A stretch of 64,000 bases of DNA. It comes from Macrostomum lignano. Taxonomy: Eukaryota. The notes under the pieces are model-generated. The model saw nothing but the letters and a program-made list of their open reading frames with translations, made no database searches and had not been told where the DNA came from. Below, in pieces: positions 37,001-51,980 of this stretch. Location: positions 1 to 64,000 of the forward strand of contig NIVC01001236.1 in NCBI GenBank assembly GCA_002269645.1, read 5' to 3'. Each line of letters starts with the position of its first letter. Position 1 is the stretch's first letter. The translations under genes were made by a program, and so were the position numbers.

Positions 37001-40000
37001 GAGAAGCTGGGAAGCTGAGAAATCGATGCATACAAAATACGTTAGAAGGCAAAGGTGCGAAAGAACGAGAGGGGCGCAAGGCCGTAGCCAGCGTATTTTT
37101 ATCAACACAGAATGGATGCAATTCTACACTAGCAAAGATAAAAGGTTTGGTTTGGTTTCAGCTAGGCGATGAAAAGTGTGAAAAGTTGCTTGAACCGTGT
37201 GTATCTGCGAGTGAGGAGAAATCGATAATAAAATGAATATAGTTTTGTGGGAAAAGACAACAATTCACAGCGCAAGCTAGCTTTACCTCGCGACATGGAG
37301 TCCAGCATGGAATAACTCTGCATATTCGCTCAAGCATAAAGGGAAAGTCTTGGGGCCGCTATAACTCCTTCATCGAACTGATTCAGCCGCCTCTGTAAAT
37401 CTCGGCAGCTTGGACCTCCTATACTTAGAACAGACTAGGCTCTAAGTCTGCTTTTTCACTCAAACATAAAGGGAAAGTCTTGGGGCCGCTAAAACCAAGA
37501 GACTCACCCGCCTCGGCTTATCCCAGCAGCTAAGACTATCGATATATATATTTACGACAAAGAGTCTGGCATGGAATAACTCTGCATATTCACTCAAGCA
37601 CACAGGGATGGTCTTGGAGCCGGTATATTATCTTCACCTAAGAGACTCACCCGCCTCAGTCAGTCAGTCAGCCCCTAACACGGGCTCAGCTCTCAGCTCA
37701 CCCAGAATTTCAAATGCACTGCATGGCAACTCGAATCGCTCGAGTCGCTCCAGCATTCACAGCCACCTGGGCTGGCCGAGAGGTGACCGCAAACTGCGGT
37801 TTGGAAACCTCTTGGCAACGAAGACCTCTCTCCAGCTGCAGCCATGCTGTCTGTGGTCGGCCTCTCAGCTCCACAACCCTAGCCTTTGAGACAAACCATA
37901 TGTCGAGCTTTCGAATCGGTTCGAAAACCCCACAGCTGGTTTGCGCAACCGCAACAAACACACCTGGGGCATCTCAACTCGACTGATTCTAAAAATAGCA
38001 CATACTCTGGTCTACAAACCGGGCAATGAAGACACGTCCTTGAGCCGCATGCAGAGACAGGAGCATCTACAGACTACAGGACCATTAGGCTTTGGCCATT
38101 TCTTCTAGAAGGTCCGCTTTTTGAGTTTGAAACCTCAATGCGACAATCAATGCCAGTGAGCAAAAATCGATGCAGAAGAGATTCATCAGAAAGACTGGTG
38201 GAGACGGGCGTAGAGAAGCTAGGATCAGCGAAGACAAGCTGGAATATCAGAGGGAAGCGGAGAGAAGCTGGGATTATCAGAGAGAAGCGGAGAGAAGCTG
38301 GGATTATCAGAAAGAGGCGGAGAGAAGCTGGGAATATCAGAGGGAAGCGGAGAGAAGCTGGGATTATCAGAGAGAAGCGGAGAGAAGCTGGGATATCAGA
38401 GGGAAGCGAAGAGAAGCTGGGATTATCAGAGGGAAGCGGAAAGAAGCTGGGATATCAGAGGGAAGCGGAGAGAAGCTGGGATTATTAGAAAGAGGCGGAG
38501 AGAAGCTGGGATTATTAGAAAGAGGCGGAGAGAAGCTGGGATTATCAGAAAGAGGCGGAGAGAAGCTGGGATTATTAGAAAGAGGCGGAAAGAATCTGGG
38601 ATTATTAGAAAGAGGCGGAGAGAAGCTGGGATTATCAGAAAGAGGCGGAGAGAAGCTGGGATTATTAGAAAGAGGCGGAAAGAATCTGGGATTATTAGAA
38701 AGAGGCGGAGAGAAGCTGGGATTATCAGAAAGAGGCGGAGAGAAGCTGGGATTATTAGAAAGCAGCGGAAGGAAGCTGGGATTATCAGAGAGAAGCGAAA
38801 AGAAGCTGGGATTATCAGAAAGAGGCGGAGAGAAGCTGGGATTATCAGAGGGAAGCGGAGAGAAGCTGGGATTATCAGAGAGAAGCGGAAAGAAGCTGGG
38901 ATTCTTAGAAAGAGGCGGAGAGAAGCTGGGATTATTAGAAAGAGGCGGAGAGAAGCTGGGATTATCAGAAAGAGGCGGAGAGAAGCTGGGATTATTAGAA
39001 AGAGGCGGAAAGAATCTGGGATTATTAGAAAGAGGCGGAGAGAAGCTGGGATTATCAGAAAGAGGCGGAGAGAAGCTGGGATTATTAGAAAGAGGCGGAA
39101 AGAAGCTGGGATTATCAGAGGGAAGCGGAGGGAAGCTGGGATTATCAGAGAGAAGCGGGGAGAAGCTGGGAAGCTGAGAAATCGATGCATACAAAATACG
39201 TTAGAAGGCAAAGGTGCGAAAGAACGAGAGGGGCGCAAGGCCGTAGCCAGCGTATTTTTATCAACACAGAATGGATGCAATTCTACACTAGCAAAGATAA
39301 AAGGTTTGGTTTGGTTTCAGCTAGGCGATGAAAAGTGTGAAAAGTTGCTTGAGCCGTGTGCATCTGCGATTGAGGAGAAATCGATAATAAAATGAATATA
39401 GTTTTGTGGGAAAAGACAACAATTCACAGCGCAAGCTAGCTTTACCTCGCGACATGGAGTCCAGCATGGAATAACTCTGCATATTCGCTCAAACATAAAG
39501 GGAAAGTCTTGGGGCCGCTATAACTCCTTCATCGAACTGATTCAGCCGCCTCTGTATATCTTAGCAGCCTTGGCTGTCCTATACTTAGAACAAAGAGCCA
39601 GACCCAACTCAGCATTTTCACTCAAACACACAGAGCTCTTGGAATCGCTATAATCTTCATCTAACTGACTCACTGGCCTCTGTATATCTTAGCAGCCTTG
39701 GCTGTCCTATACTTAGAACAAAGAGCCAGGCCTAGCTCTGCAATATCACTCAAACACACAGAGCTCTTGGAATCGCTATAATCTTCATCTAACTGACTCA
39801 CCGGCCTCTGTAAATCTCGGCAGCTTAGACCTCCTATACTTAGAACGGAGTAGGCTCTAAGTCTGTTTTTTCACTCAAACATAAAGGGAAAGTCTTGGGG
39901 CCGCTAAAACCTCTTCATCTAAGAGATTCACCCGCCTCAGTCAGTCAGTCAGTCAGTCAGTCAAAAAGAAGCGGAGAGAAGCTGGGATATCAAAAAGAAG

Positions 40001-43000
40001 CGGAGAGAAGCTGGGATATCAAAAAGAAGCGGAGAGAAGCTGGGATTATCAGAGGGAAGCGGAGAAAAGCTGGGATTATCAGAAAGAAGCGGAAAGAAGC
40101 TGGGATTATCAGAGAGAAGCGGAAAGAAGCTGGGATTATCAGAGAGAAGCGGAAAGAAGCTGGGATTATCAGAGAGAAGCGGAGAGAAGCTGGGATTATC
40201 AGAAAGAAGCGGAAAGAAGCTGGGATTATCAGAGAGAAGCGGAGAGAAACTGGGATTATCAGAAAGCAGCGGAAGGAAGCTGGGATTATCAGAAAGAGGC
40301 GGAGAGAAGCTGGGATTATCAGAGGGAAGCGGAGAGAAGCTGGGATTATCAGAGAGAAGCGGAAAGAAGCTGGGATTATTAGAAAGAGGCGGAGAAAAGC
40401 TGGGATTATTAGAAAGAGGCGGAGAGAAGCTGGGATTATTAGAAAGAGGCGGAAAGAAGCTGGGATTATCAGAGGGAAGCGGAGGGAAGCTGGGATTATC
40501 AGAGAGAAGCGGGGAGAAGCTGGGAAGCTGAGAAATCGATGCATACAAAATACGTTAGAAGGCAAAGGTGCGAAAGAACGAGAGGGGCGCAAGGCCGTAG
40601 CCAGCGTATTTTTATCAACACAGAATGGATGCAATTCTACACTAGCAAAGATAAAAGGTTTGGTTTGGTTTCAGCTAGGCGATGAAAAGTGTGAAAAGTT
40701 GCTTGAGCCGTGTGCATCTGCGATTGAGGAGAAATCGATAATAAAATGAATATAGTTTTGTGGGAAAAGACAACAATTCACAGCGCAAGCTAGCTTTACC
40801 TCGCGACATGGAGTCCAGCATGGAATAACTCTGCATATTCGCTCAAACATAAAGGGAAAGTCTTGGGGCCGCTATAACTCCTTCATCGAACTGATTCAGC
40901 CGCCTCTGTATATCTTAGCAGCCTTGGCTGTCCTATACTTAGAACAAAGAGCCAGACCCAACTCAGCATTTTCACTCAAACACACAGAGCTCTTGGAATC
41001 GCTATAATCTTCATCTAACTGACTCACTGGCCTCTGTATATCTTAGCAGCCTTGGCTGTCCTATACTTAGAACAAAGAGCCAGGCCTAGCTCTGCAATAT
41101 CACTCAAACACACAGAGCTCTTGGAATCGCTATAATCTTCATCTAACTGACTCACCGGCCTCTGTAAATCTCGGCAGCTTAGACCTCCTATACTTAGAAC
41201 GGAGTAGGCTCTAAGTCTGTTTTTTCACTCAAACATAAAGGGAAAGTCTTGGGGCCGCTAAAACCTCTTCATCTAAGAGATTCACCCGCCTCAGTCAGTC
41301 AGTCAGTCAGTCAGTCAAAAAGAAGCGGAGAGAAGCTGGGATATCAAAAAGAAGCGGAGAGAAGCTGGGATATCAAAAAGAAGCGGAGAGAAGCTGGGAT
41401 TATCAGAGGGAAGCGGAGAAAAGCTGGGATTATCAGAAAGAAGCGGAAAGAAGCTGGGATTATCAGAGAGAAGCGGAAAGAAGCTGGGATTATCAGAGAG
41501 AAGCGGAAAGAAGCTGGGATTATCAGAGAGAAGCGGAGAGAAGCTGGGATTATCAGAAAGAAGCGGAAAGAAGCTGGGATTATCAGAGAGAAGCGGAGAG
41601 AAACTGGGATTATCAGAAAGCAGCGGAAGGAAGCTGGGATTATCAGAAAGAGGCGGAGAGAAGCTGGGATTATCAGAGGGAAGCGGAGAGAAGCTGGGAT
41701 TATCAGAGAGAAGCGGAAAGAAGCTGGGATTATTAGAAAGAGGCGGAGAAAAGCTGGGATTATTAGAAAGAGGCGGAGAGAAGCTGGGATTATCAGAAAG
41801 AGGCGGAGAGAAGCTGGGATTATTAGAAAGAGGCGGAAAGAAGCTGGGATTATTAGAAAGAGGCGGAGAGAAGCTGAGATTATCAGAAAGAGGCGGAGAG
41901 AAGCTGGGATTATCAGAAAGAGGCGGAGAGAAGCTGGGATTATTAGTAAGAGGCGGAGAGATGCTGGGATTATCAGAAAGAGGCGGAGAGAAGCTGGGAT
42001 TATTAGAAAGAGGCGGAAAGAAGCTGGGATTATCAGAGAGAAGCGGAGAGAAGCTGGGAAGCTGAGAAATCGATGCATACAAAATACGTTAGAAGGCAAA
42101 GGTGCGAAAGAACGAGAGGGGCGCAAGGCCGTAGCCAGCGTATTTTTATCAACACAGAATGGATGCAATTCTACACTAGCAAAGATAAAAGGTTTGGTTT
42201 GGTTTCAGCTAGGCGATGAAAAGTGTGAAAAGTTGCTTGAACCGTGTGTATCTGCGAGTGAGGAGAAATCGATAATAAAATGAATATAGTTTTGTGGGAA
42301 AAGACAACAATTCACAGCGCAAGCTAGCTTTACCTCGCGACATGGAGTCCAGCATGGAATAACTCTGCATATTCGCTCAAGCATAAAGGGAAAGTCTTGG
42401 GGCCGCTATAACTCCTTCATCGAACTGATTCAGCCGCCTCTGTATATCTTAGCAGCCTTGGCTGTCCTATACTTAGAACAAAGAGCCAGACCCAACTCAG
42501 CATTTTCACTCAAACACACAGAGCTCTTAGAATCGCTATAATCTTCATCTAACTGACTCACTGGCCTCTGTATATCTTAGCAGCCTTGGATGTCCTATAC
42601 TTAGAACAAAGAGACAGACCCAACTCAGCATTTTCACTCAAACATAAAGGGAAAGTCTTGGGGCCGCTATAACTCCTTCATCGAACTGATTCAGCCGCCT
42701 CTGTATATCTTAGCAGCCTTGGCTGTCCTATACTTAGAACAAAGAGCCAGACCCAACTCAGCATTTTCACTCAAACACACAGAGCTCTTGGAATCGCTAT
42801 AATCTTCATCTAACTGACTCACTGGCCTCTGTATATCTTAGCAGCCTTGGCTGTCCTATACTTAGAACAAAGAGCCAGGCCTAGCTCTGCAATATCACTC
42901 AAACACACAGAGCTCTTGGAATCGCTATAATCTTCATCTAACTGACTCACCGGCCTCTGTAAATCTCGGCAGCTTAGACCTCCTATACTTAGAACGGAGT

Positions 43001-46000
43001 AGGCTCTAAGTCTGTTTTTTCACTCAAACATAAAGGGAAAGTCTTGGGGCCGCTAAAACCTCTTCATCTAAGAGATTCACCCGCCTCAGTCAGTCAGTCA
43101 GTCAGTCAGTCAAAAAGAAGCGGAGAGAAGCTGGGATATCAAAAAGAAGCGGAGAGAAGCTGGGATATCAAAAAGAAGCGGAGAGAAGCTGGGATTATCA
43201 GAGGGAAGCGGAGAAAAGCTGGGATTATCAGAAAGAAGCGGAAAGAAGCTGGGATTATCAGAGAGAAGCGGAAAGAAGCTGGGATTATCAGAGAGAAGCG
43301 GAAAGAAGCTGGGATTATCAGAGAGAAGCGGAGAGAAGCTGGGATTATCAGAAAGAAGCGGAAAGAAGCTGGGATTATCAGAGAGAAGCGGAGAGAAACT
43401 GGGATTATCAGAAAGCAGCGGAAGGAAGCTGGGATTATCAGAAAGAGGCGGAGAGAAGCTGGGATTATCAGAGGGAAGCGGAGAGAAGCTGGGATTATCA
43501 GAGAGAAGCGGAAAGAAGCTGGGATTATTAGAAAGAGGCGGAGAAAAGCTGGGATTATTAGAAAGAGGCGGAGAGAAGCTGGGATTATTAGAAAGAGGCG
43601 GAAAGAAGCTGGGATTATCAGAGGGAAGCGGAGGGAAGCTGGGATTATCAGAGAGAAGCGGGGAGAAGCTGGGAAGCTGAGAAATCGATGCATACAAAAT
43701 ACGTTAGAAGGCAAAGGTGCGAAAGAACGAGAGGGGCGCAAGGCCGTAGCCAGCGTATTTTTATCAACACAGAATGGATGCAATTCTACACTAGCAAAGA
43801 TAAAAGGTTTGGTTTGGTTTCAGCTAGGCGATGAAAAGTGTGAAAAGTTGCTTGAGCCGTGTGCATCTGCGATTGAGGAGAAATCGATAATAAAATGAAT
43901 ATAGTTTTGTGGGAAAAGACAACAATTCACAGCGCAAGCTAGCTTTACCTCGCGACATGGAGTCCAGCATGGAATAACTCTGCATATTCGCTCAAACATA
44001 AAGGGAAAGTCTTGGGGCCGCTATAACTCCTTCATCGAACTGATTCAGCCGCCTCTGTATATCTTAGCAGCCTTGGCTGTCCTATACTTAGAACAAAGAG
44101 CCAGACCCAACTCAGCATTTTCACTCAAACACACAGAGCTCTTGGAATCGCTATAATCTTCATCTAACTGACTCACTGGCCTCTGTATATCTTAGCAGCC
44201 TTGGCTGTCCTATACTTAGAACAAAGAGCCAGGCCTAGCTCTGCAATATCACTCAAACACACAGAGCTCTTGGAATCGCTATAATCTTCATCTAACTGAC
44301 TCACCGGCCTCTGTAAATCTCGGCAGCTTAGACCTCCTATACTTAGAACGGAGTAGGCTCTAAGTCTGTTTTTTCACTCAAACATAAAGGGAAAGTCTTG
44401 GGGCCGCTAAAACCTCTTCATCTAAGAGATTCACCCGCCTCAGTCAGTCAGTCAGTCAGTCAGTCAAAAAGAAGCGGAGAGAAGCTGGGATATCAAAAAG
44501 AAGCGGAGAGAAGCTGGGATATCAAAAAGAAGCGGAGAGAAGCTGGGATTATCAGAGGGAAGCGGAGAAAAGCTGGGATTATCAGAAAGAAGCGGAAAGA
44601 AGCTGGGATTATCAGAGAGAAGCGGAAAGAAGCTGGGATTATCAGAGAGAAGCGGAAAGAAGCTGGGATTATCAGAGAGAAGCGGAGAGAAGCTGGGATT
44701 ATCAGAAAGAAGCGGAAAGAAGCTGGGATTATCAGAGAGAAGCGGAGAGAAACTGGGATTATCAGAAAGCAGCGGAAGGAAGCTGGGATTATCAGAAAGA
44801 GGCGGAGAGAAGCTGGGATTATCAGAGGGAAGCGGAGAGAAGCTGGGATTATCAGAGAGAAGCGGAAAGAAGCTGGGATTATTAGAAAGAGGCGGAGAAA
44901 AGCTGGGATTATTAGAAAGAGGCGGAGAGAAGCTGGGATTATCAGAAAGAGGCGGAGAGAAGCTGGGATTATTAGAAAGAGGCGGAAAGAAGCTGGGATT
45001 ATTAGAAAGAGGCGGAGAGAAGCTGAGATTATCAGAAAGAGGCGGAGAGAAGCTGGGATTATCAGAAAGAGGCGGAGAGAAGCTGGGATTATTAGAAAGA
45101 GGCGGAGAGAAGCTGGGATTATCAGAAAGAGGCGGAGAGAAGCTGGGATTATTAGAAAGAGGCGGAAAGAAGCTGGGATTATCAGAGAGAAGCGGAGAGA
45201 AGCTGGGAAGCTGAGAAATCGATGCATACAAAATACGTTAGAAGGCAAAGGTGCGAAAGAACGAGAGGGGCGCAAGGCCGTAGCCAGCGTATTTTTATCA
45301 ACACAGAATGGATGCAATTCTACACTAGCAAAGATAAAAGGTTTGGTTTGGTTTCAGCTAGGCGATGAAAAGTGTGAAAAGTTGCTTGAACCGTGTGTAT
45401 CTGCGAGTGAGGAGAAATCGATAATAAAATGAATATAGTTTTGTGGGAAAAGACAACAATTCACAGCGCAAGCTAGCTTTACCTCGCGACATGGAGTCCA
45501 GCATGGAATAACTCTGCATATTCGCTCAAGCATAAAGGGAAAGTCTTGGGGCCGCTATAACTCCTTCATCGAACTGATTCAGCCGCCTCTGTATATCTTA
45601 GCAGCCTTGGCTGTCCTATACTTAGAACAAAGAGCCAGACCCAACTCAGCATTTTCACTCAAACACACAGAGCTCTTAGAATCGCTATAATCTTCATCTA
45701 ACTGACTCACTGGCCTCTGTATATCTTAGCAGCCTTGGATGTCCTATACTTAGAACAAAGAGACAGACCCAACTCAGCATTTTCACTCAAACATAAAGGG
45801 AAAGTCTTGGGGCCGCTATAACTCCTTCATCGAACTGATTCAGCCGCCTCTGTATATCTTAGCAGCCTTGGCTGTCCTATACTTAGAACAAAGAGCCAGA
45901 CCCAACTCAGCATTTCACACAAACACACAGAGCTCTTGGAATCGCTATAATCTTCATCTAACTGACTCACTGGCCTCTGTATATCTTAGCAGCCTTGGCT

Positions 46001-49000
46001 GTCCTATACTTAGAACAAAGAGCCAGGCCTAGCTCTGCAATATCACTCAAACACACAGAGCTCTTGGAATCGCTATAATCTTCATCTAACTGACTCACCG
46101 GCCTCTGTAAATCTCGGCAGCTTAGACCTCCTATACTTAGAACGGAGTAGGCTCTAAGTCTGTTTTTTCACTCAAACATAAAGGGAAAGTCTTGGGGCCG
46201 CTAAAACCTCTTCATCTAAGAGATTCACCCGCCTCAGTCAGTCAGTCAGTCAGTCAGTCAGTCAAAAAGAAGCGGAGAGAAGCTGGGATATCAAAAAGAA
46301 GCGGAGAGAAGCTGGGATATCAAAAAGAAGCGGAGAGAAGCTGGGATTATCAGAGGGAAGCGGAGAAAAGCTGGGATTATCAGAAAGAAGCGGAAAGAAG
46401 CTGGGATTATTAGAAAGAGGCGGAAAGAATCTGGGATTATCAGAGAGAAGCGGAAAGAAGCTGGGATTATCAGAGAGAAGCGGAGAGAAGCTGGGATTAT
46501 CAGAAAGAAGCGGAAAGAAGCTGGGATTATCAGAGAGAAGCGGAGAGAAACTGGGATTATCAGAAAGCAGCGGAAGGAAGCTGGGATTATCAGAAAGAGG
46601 CGGAGAGAAGCTGGGATTATCAGAGGGAAGCGGAGAGAAGCTGGGATTATCAGAGAGAAGCGGAAAGAAGCTGGGATTATTAGAAAGAGGCGGAGAGAAG
46701 CTGGGATTATTAGAAAGAGGCGGAGAGAAGCTGGGATTATCAGAAAGAGGCGGAGAGAAGCTGGGATTATTAGAAAGAGGCGGAAAGAAGCTGGGATTAT
46801 TAGAAAGAGGCGGAGAGAAGCTGGGATTATCAGAAAGAGGCGGAGAGAAGCTGGGATTATCAGAAAGAGGCGGAGAGAAGCTGGGATTATTAGAAAGAGG
46901 CGGAAAGAATCTGGGATTATCAGAAAGAGGCGGAGAGAAGCTGGGATTATTAGAAAGAGGCGGAAAGAAGCTGGGATTATCAGAGAGAAGCGGAGAGAAG
47001 CTGGGAAGCTGAGAAATCGATGCATACAAAATACGTTAGAAGGCAAAGGTGCGAAAGAACGAGAGGGGCGCAAGGCCGTAGCCAGCGTATTTTTATCAAC
47101 ACAGAATGGATGCAATTCTACACTAGCAAAGATAAAAGGTTTGGTTTGGTTTCAGCTAGGCGATGAAAAGTGTGAAAGTTGCTTGAACCGTGTGTATCTG
47201 CGAGTGAGGAGAAATCGATAATAAAATGAATATAGTTTTGTGGGAAAAGACAACAATTCACAGCGCAAGCTAGCTTTACCTCGCGACATGGAGTCCAGCA
47301 TGGAATAACTCTGCATATTCGCTCAAGCATAAAGGGAAAGTCTTGGGGCCGCTATAACTCCTTCATCGAACTGATTCAGCCGCCTCTGTATATCTTAGCA
47401 GCCTTGGCTGTCCTATACTTAGAACAAAGAGCCAGACCCAACTCAGCATTTTCACTCAAACACACAGAGCTCTTGGAATCGCTATAATCTTCATCTAACT
47501 GACTCACTGGCCTCTGTATATCTTAGCAGCCTTGGCTGTCCTATACTTAGAACAAAGAGCCAGGCCTAGCTCTGCAATATCACTCAAACACACAGAGCTC
47601 TTGGAATCGCTATAATCTTCATCTAACTGACTCACCGGCCTCTGTAAATCTCGGCAGCTTAGACCTCCTATACTTAGAACGGAGTAGGCTCTAAGTCTGT
47701 TTTTTCACTCAAACATAAAGGGAAAGTCTTGGGGCCGCTAAAACCTCTTCATCTAAGAGATTCACCCGCCTCAGTCAGTCAGTCAGTCAGTCAGTCAAAA
47801 AGAAGCGGAGAGAAGCTGGGATATCAAAAAGAAGCGGAGAGAAGCTGGGATATCAAAAAGAAGCGGAGAGAAGCTGGGATTATCAGAGGGAAGCGGAGAA
47901 AAGCTGGGATTATCAGAAAGAAGCGGAAAGAAGCTGGGATTATCAGAGAGAAGCGGAAAGAAGCTGGGATTATCAGAGAGAAGCGGAAAGAAGCTGGGAT
48001 TATCAGAGAGAAGCGGAGAGAAGCTGGGATTATCAGAAAGAAGCGGAAAGAAGCTGGGATTATCAGAGAGAAGCGGAGAGAAACTGGGATTATCAGAAAG
48101 CAGCGGAAGGAAGCTGGGATTATCAGAAAGAGGCGGAGAGAAGCTGGGATTATCAGAGGGAAGCGGAGAGAAGCTGGGATTATCAGAGAGAAGCGGAAAG
48201 AAGCTGGGATTATTAGAAAGAGGCGGAGAGAAGCTGGGATTATTAGTAAGAGGCGGAGAGAAGCTGGGATTATCAGAAAGAGGCGGAGAGAAGCTGGGAT
48301 TATTAGAAAGAGGCGGAAAGAAGCTGGGATTATTAGAAAGAGGCGGAGAGAAGCTGGGATTATCAGAAAGAGGCGGAGAGAAGCTGGGATTATCAGAAAG
48401 AGGCGGAGAGAAGCTGGGATTATTAGAAAGAGGCGGAAAGAATCTGGGATTATTAGAAAGAGGCGGAGAGAAGCTGGGATTATCAGAAAGAGGCGGAGAG
48501 AAGCTGGGATTATTAGAAAGAGGCGGAAAGAAGCTGGGATTATCAGAGAGAAGCGGAGAGAAGCTGGGAAGCTGAGAAATCGATGCATACAAAATACGTT
48601 AGAAGGCAAAGGTGCGAAAGAACGAGAGGGGCGCAAGGCCGTAGCCAGCGTATTTTTATCAACACAGAATGGATGCAATTCTACACTAGCAAAGATAAAA
48701 GGTTTGGTTTGGTTTCAGCTAGGCGATGAAAAGTGTGAAAAGTTGCTTGAACCGTGTGTATCTGCGAGTGAGGAGAAATCGATAATAAAATGAATATAGT
48801 TTTGTGGGAAAAGACAACAATTCACAGCGCAAGCTAGCTTTACCTCGCGACATGGAGTCCAGCATGGAATAACTCTGCATATTCGCTCAAGCATAAAGGG
48901 AAAGTCTTGGGGCCGCTATAACTCCTTCATCGAACTGATTCAGCCGCCTCTGTATATCTTAGCAGCCTTGGCTGTCCTATACTTAGAACAAAGAGCCAGA

Positions 49001-49750
49001 CCCAACTCAGCATTTTCACTCAAACACACAGAGCTCTTAGAATCGCTATAATCTTCATCTAACTGACTCACTGGCCTCTGTATATCTTAGCAGCCTTGGA
49101 TGTCCTATACTTAGAACAAAGAGACAGACCCAACTCAGCATTTTCACTCAAACATAAAGGGAAAGTCTTGGGGCCGCTATAACTCCTTCATCGAACTGAT
49201 TCAGCCGCCTCTGTATATCTTAGCAGCCTTGGCTGTCCTATACTTAGAACAAAGAGCCAGACCCAACTCAGCATTTCACACAAACACACAGAGCTCTTGG
49301 AATCGCTATAATCTTCATCTAACTGACTCACTGGCCTCTGTATATCTTAGCAGCCTTGGCTGTCCTATACTTAGAACAAAGAGCCAGGCCTAGCTCTGCA
49401 ATATCACTCAAACACACAGAGCTCTTGGAATCGCTATAATCTTCATCTAACTGACTCACTGGCCTCTGTATATCTTAGCAGCCTTGGCTGTCCTATACTT
49501 AGAACAAAGAGCCAGACCCAACTCAGCATTTTCACTCAAACACACAGAGCTCTTGGAATCGCTATAATCTTCATCTAACTGACTCACTGGCCTCTGTATA
49601 TCTTAGCAGCCTTGGCTGTCCTATACTTAGAACAAAGAGCCAGACCCAACTCAGCATTTTCACTCAAACACACAGAGCTCTTGGAATCGCTATAATCTTC
49701 ATCTAACTGACTCACCGGCCTCTGTAGTAGCTCTGCAGTATCACCCAAAC
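31050..49750. repeat. ~18.7-kb higher-order tandem repeat inside ARID3 intron 2 (11 composite units)
   Basis: Unit = 125-128-bp subrepeats + (CAGT)n + 30-bp array (agaagctgggattatcagagagaagcggag) + ~330-bp unique block. The anchor gctgagaaatcgatgcatac occurs at 32030, 34188, 35542, 37014, 39173, 40527, 42061, 43676, 45210, 47008 and 48571. Confidence 0.97.
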
Positions 49751-50927
49751 TCAAGGAGCAGAGACATTAAAAAGCGATTAAAAAGCGATGGGTGCTGAGC
49801 TTTTAGTGAAAGCAGTTTTCGTTTTGGCCTTTTTCTTCAGCAGTGAATGCTTCACGTGTGAAATGTGAGTCAGTTGTAACCGCTGCTACACCTGAAGTAT
49901 GAGTATGAGTAATTTTCGATCTCGATCTTTTATTTTTCAGTTTTTTTATGTCTCTATATAATTTCTGTTTTGATTGTCTCGCAGCAGCATTCCTACTGCC
50001 GTAGGTAGGGAAATACTTCGATATTACTTACTCTTGGTTCCACTAGTAGCCTGGAGAGACAATTAATTCGAAATCCTCCAAGCTGTTAGAAATCGGTTCG
50101 AGATTTTTTGTCCCTAATATAGGTAATTTTGTCCGCCAGGGCGACATGTAATTTCGTCCGTTCCCAAGTAATTGCCTTCTCCCAATGGCTGCTCTCTCCC
50201 CGCCTGTCTGTCCTGTCAGTCCAAGTGGGCTGCTACGGTGAGGCGGGTTTAGGGAAGTCGTGTTGCCGGCCGAGGGCCCCTCATCAGCCTCAATGCAGCG
50301 CCTTGACTCCGGAGGCAGGGTAAACATTAAAAGTGACAATGCGTGAGGGCGGCACAGAGGAGGCCTCACTAATTACCCTCGCATCCTCCCAGAGCCTCGG
50401 TGCCATTGTACACCAAGGGATAACTTCCACTGGCCTCAGCGCTCCCAGCGCATTCCAATCGGCCTTCCTTCCCTCGATCTGTCTGCCTCTATCACGTCTT
50501 AGCGTCTGGGGCTAAAAATGCTTTAATGAAGCGAATTTTTTATCCTTGCCCGAGAAATTCGCGCATCGAAGGCGGGCGGGACAAGCGCGCGTGGCTGCCT
50601 CAACAATTTTTCTTTACGCCGAAAAAAAATTGGAAAAACTTCGCCGCGCCGAAGTAGAAGGAAAGTCTGGTTCTCGCAGCGGGCTACAGGCATCTGGCAG
50701 AATTTCTGCAACGGGACTGCCGACTGCCTACCGCCCGTTTTCAGATGCTGGGGATGCCTGTCCCATTCGAATGAAAACGGTCACGCCAAGGCCGCAAACA
50801 TTGCCAATCCAGCTTGAGTTACGAGCCCAATAAGCCCGACTTATCGATTTATGAGCAGAGAGAAATTGCAAGTTGTCTCAAAATTCGCAAATCAAATACA
50901 AAGCCGTTCTGGGGGCTTCGGTCTCAC

Positions 50928-51000
50928 CTCTGCGCTGCATGAAGGCGAACAGGTCGTCCAAGAATTGCTTCCGCTTCGGCTCCTCGGACAGTTCGTAGAG
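50928..51000 (-). CDS. ARID3: ARID3 exon 2 (73 bp, start of the extended ARID domain)
   Basis: ttttattgCAG|CTC TAC GAA... = LYELSEEPKRKQFLDDLFAFMQRR G|GTGAGA. The phase-1 end joins GC ACG CCG at 26977. Confidence 0.93.
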
Positions 51001-51162
51001 CTGCAATAAAACACGGGGGTTCCGCAATAAGCCGCGATGATTCCCGCTCTCAAGCACAGGTACGCTTGTAATCAATAGGCATCACAGGATCCGGAGAGAT
51101 TTATTGCTTGGGAGCAGAATTAATCAAGCTTATTCAATAAATTCAAGGGCCCAGCGGGACGG

Positions 51163-51980
<818 letters not shown>

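Noticed and set aside
31275-48793. RREAGII / SDNPSF / LIIPAS repeat ORFs of 200-350 aa
   Set aside because: They are translations of the 30-bp minisatellite in several frames, many starting at TTG/GTG, and lie inside an ARID3 intron.
28072-49750. CRISPR array
   Set aside because: The units are contiguous tandem copies with no unique spacers, there are no cas genes, and the context is eukaryotic.
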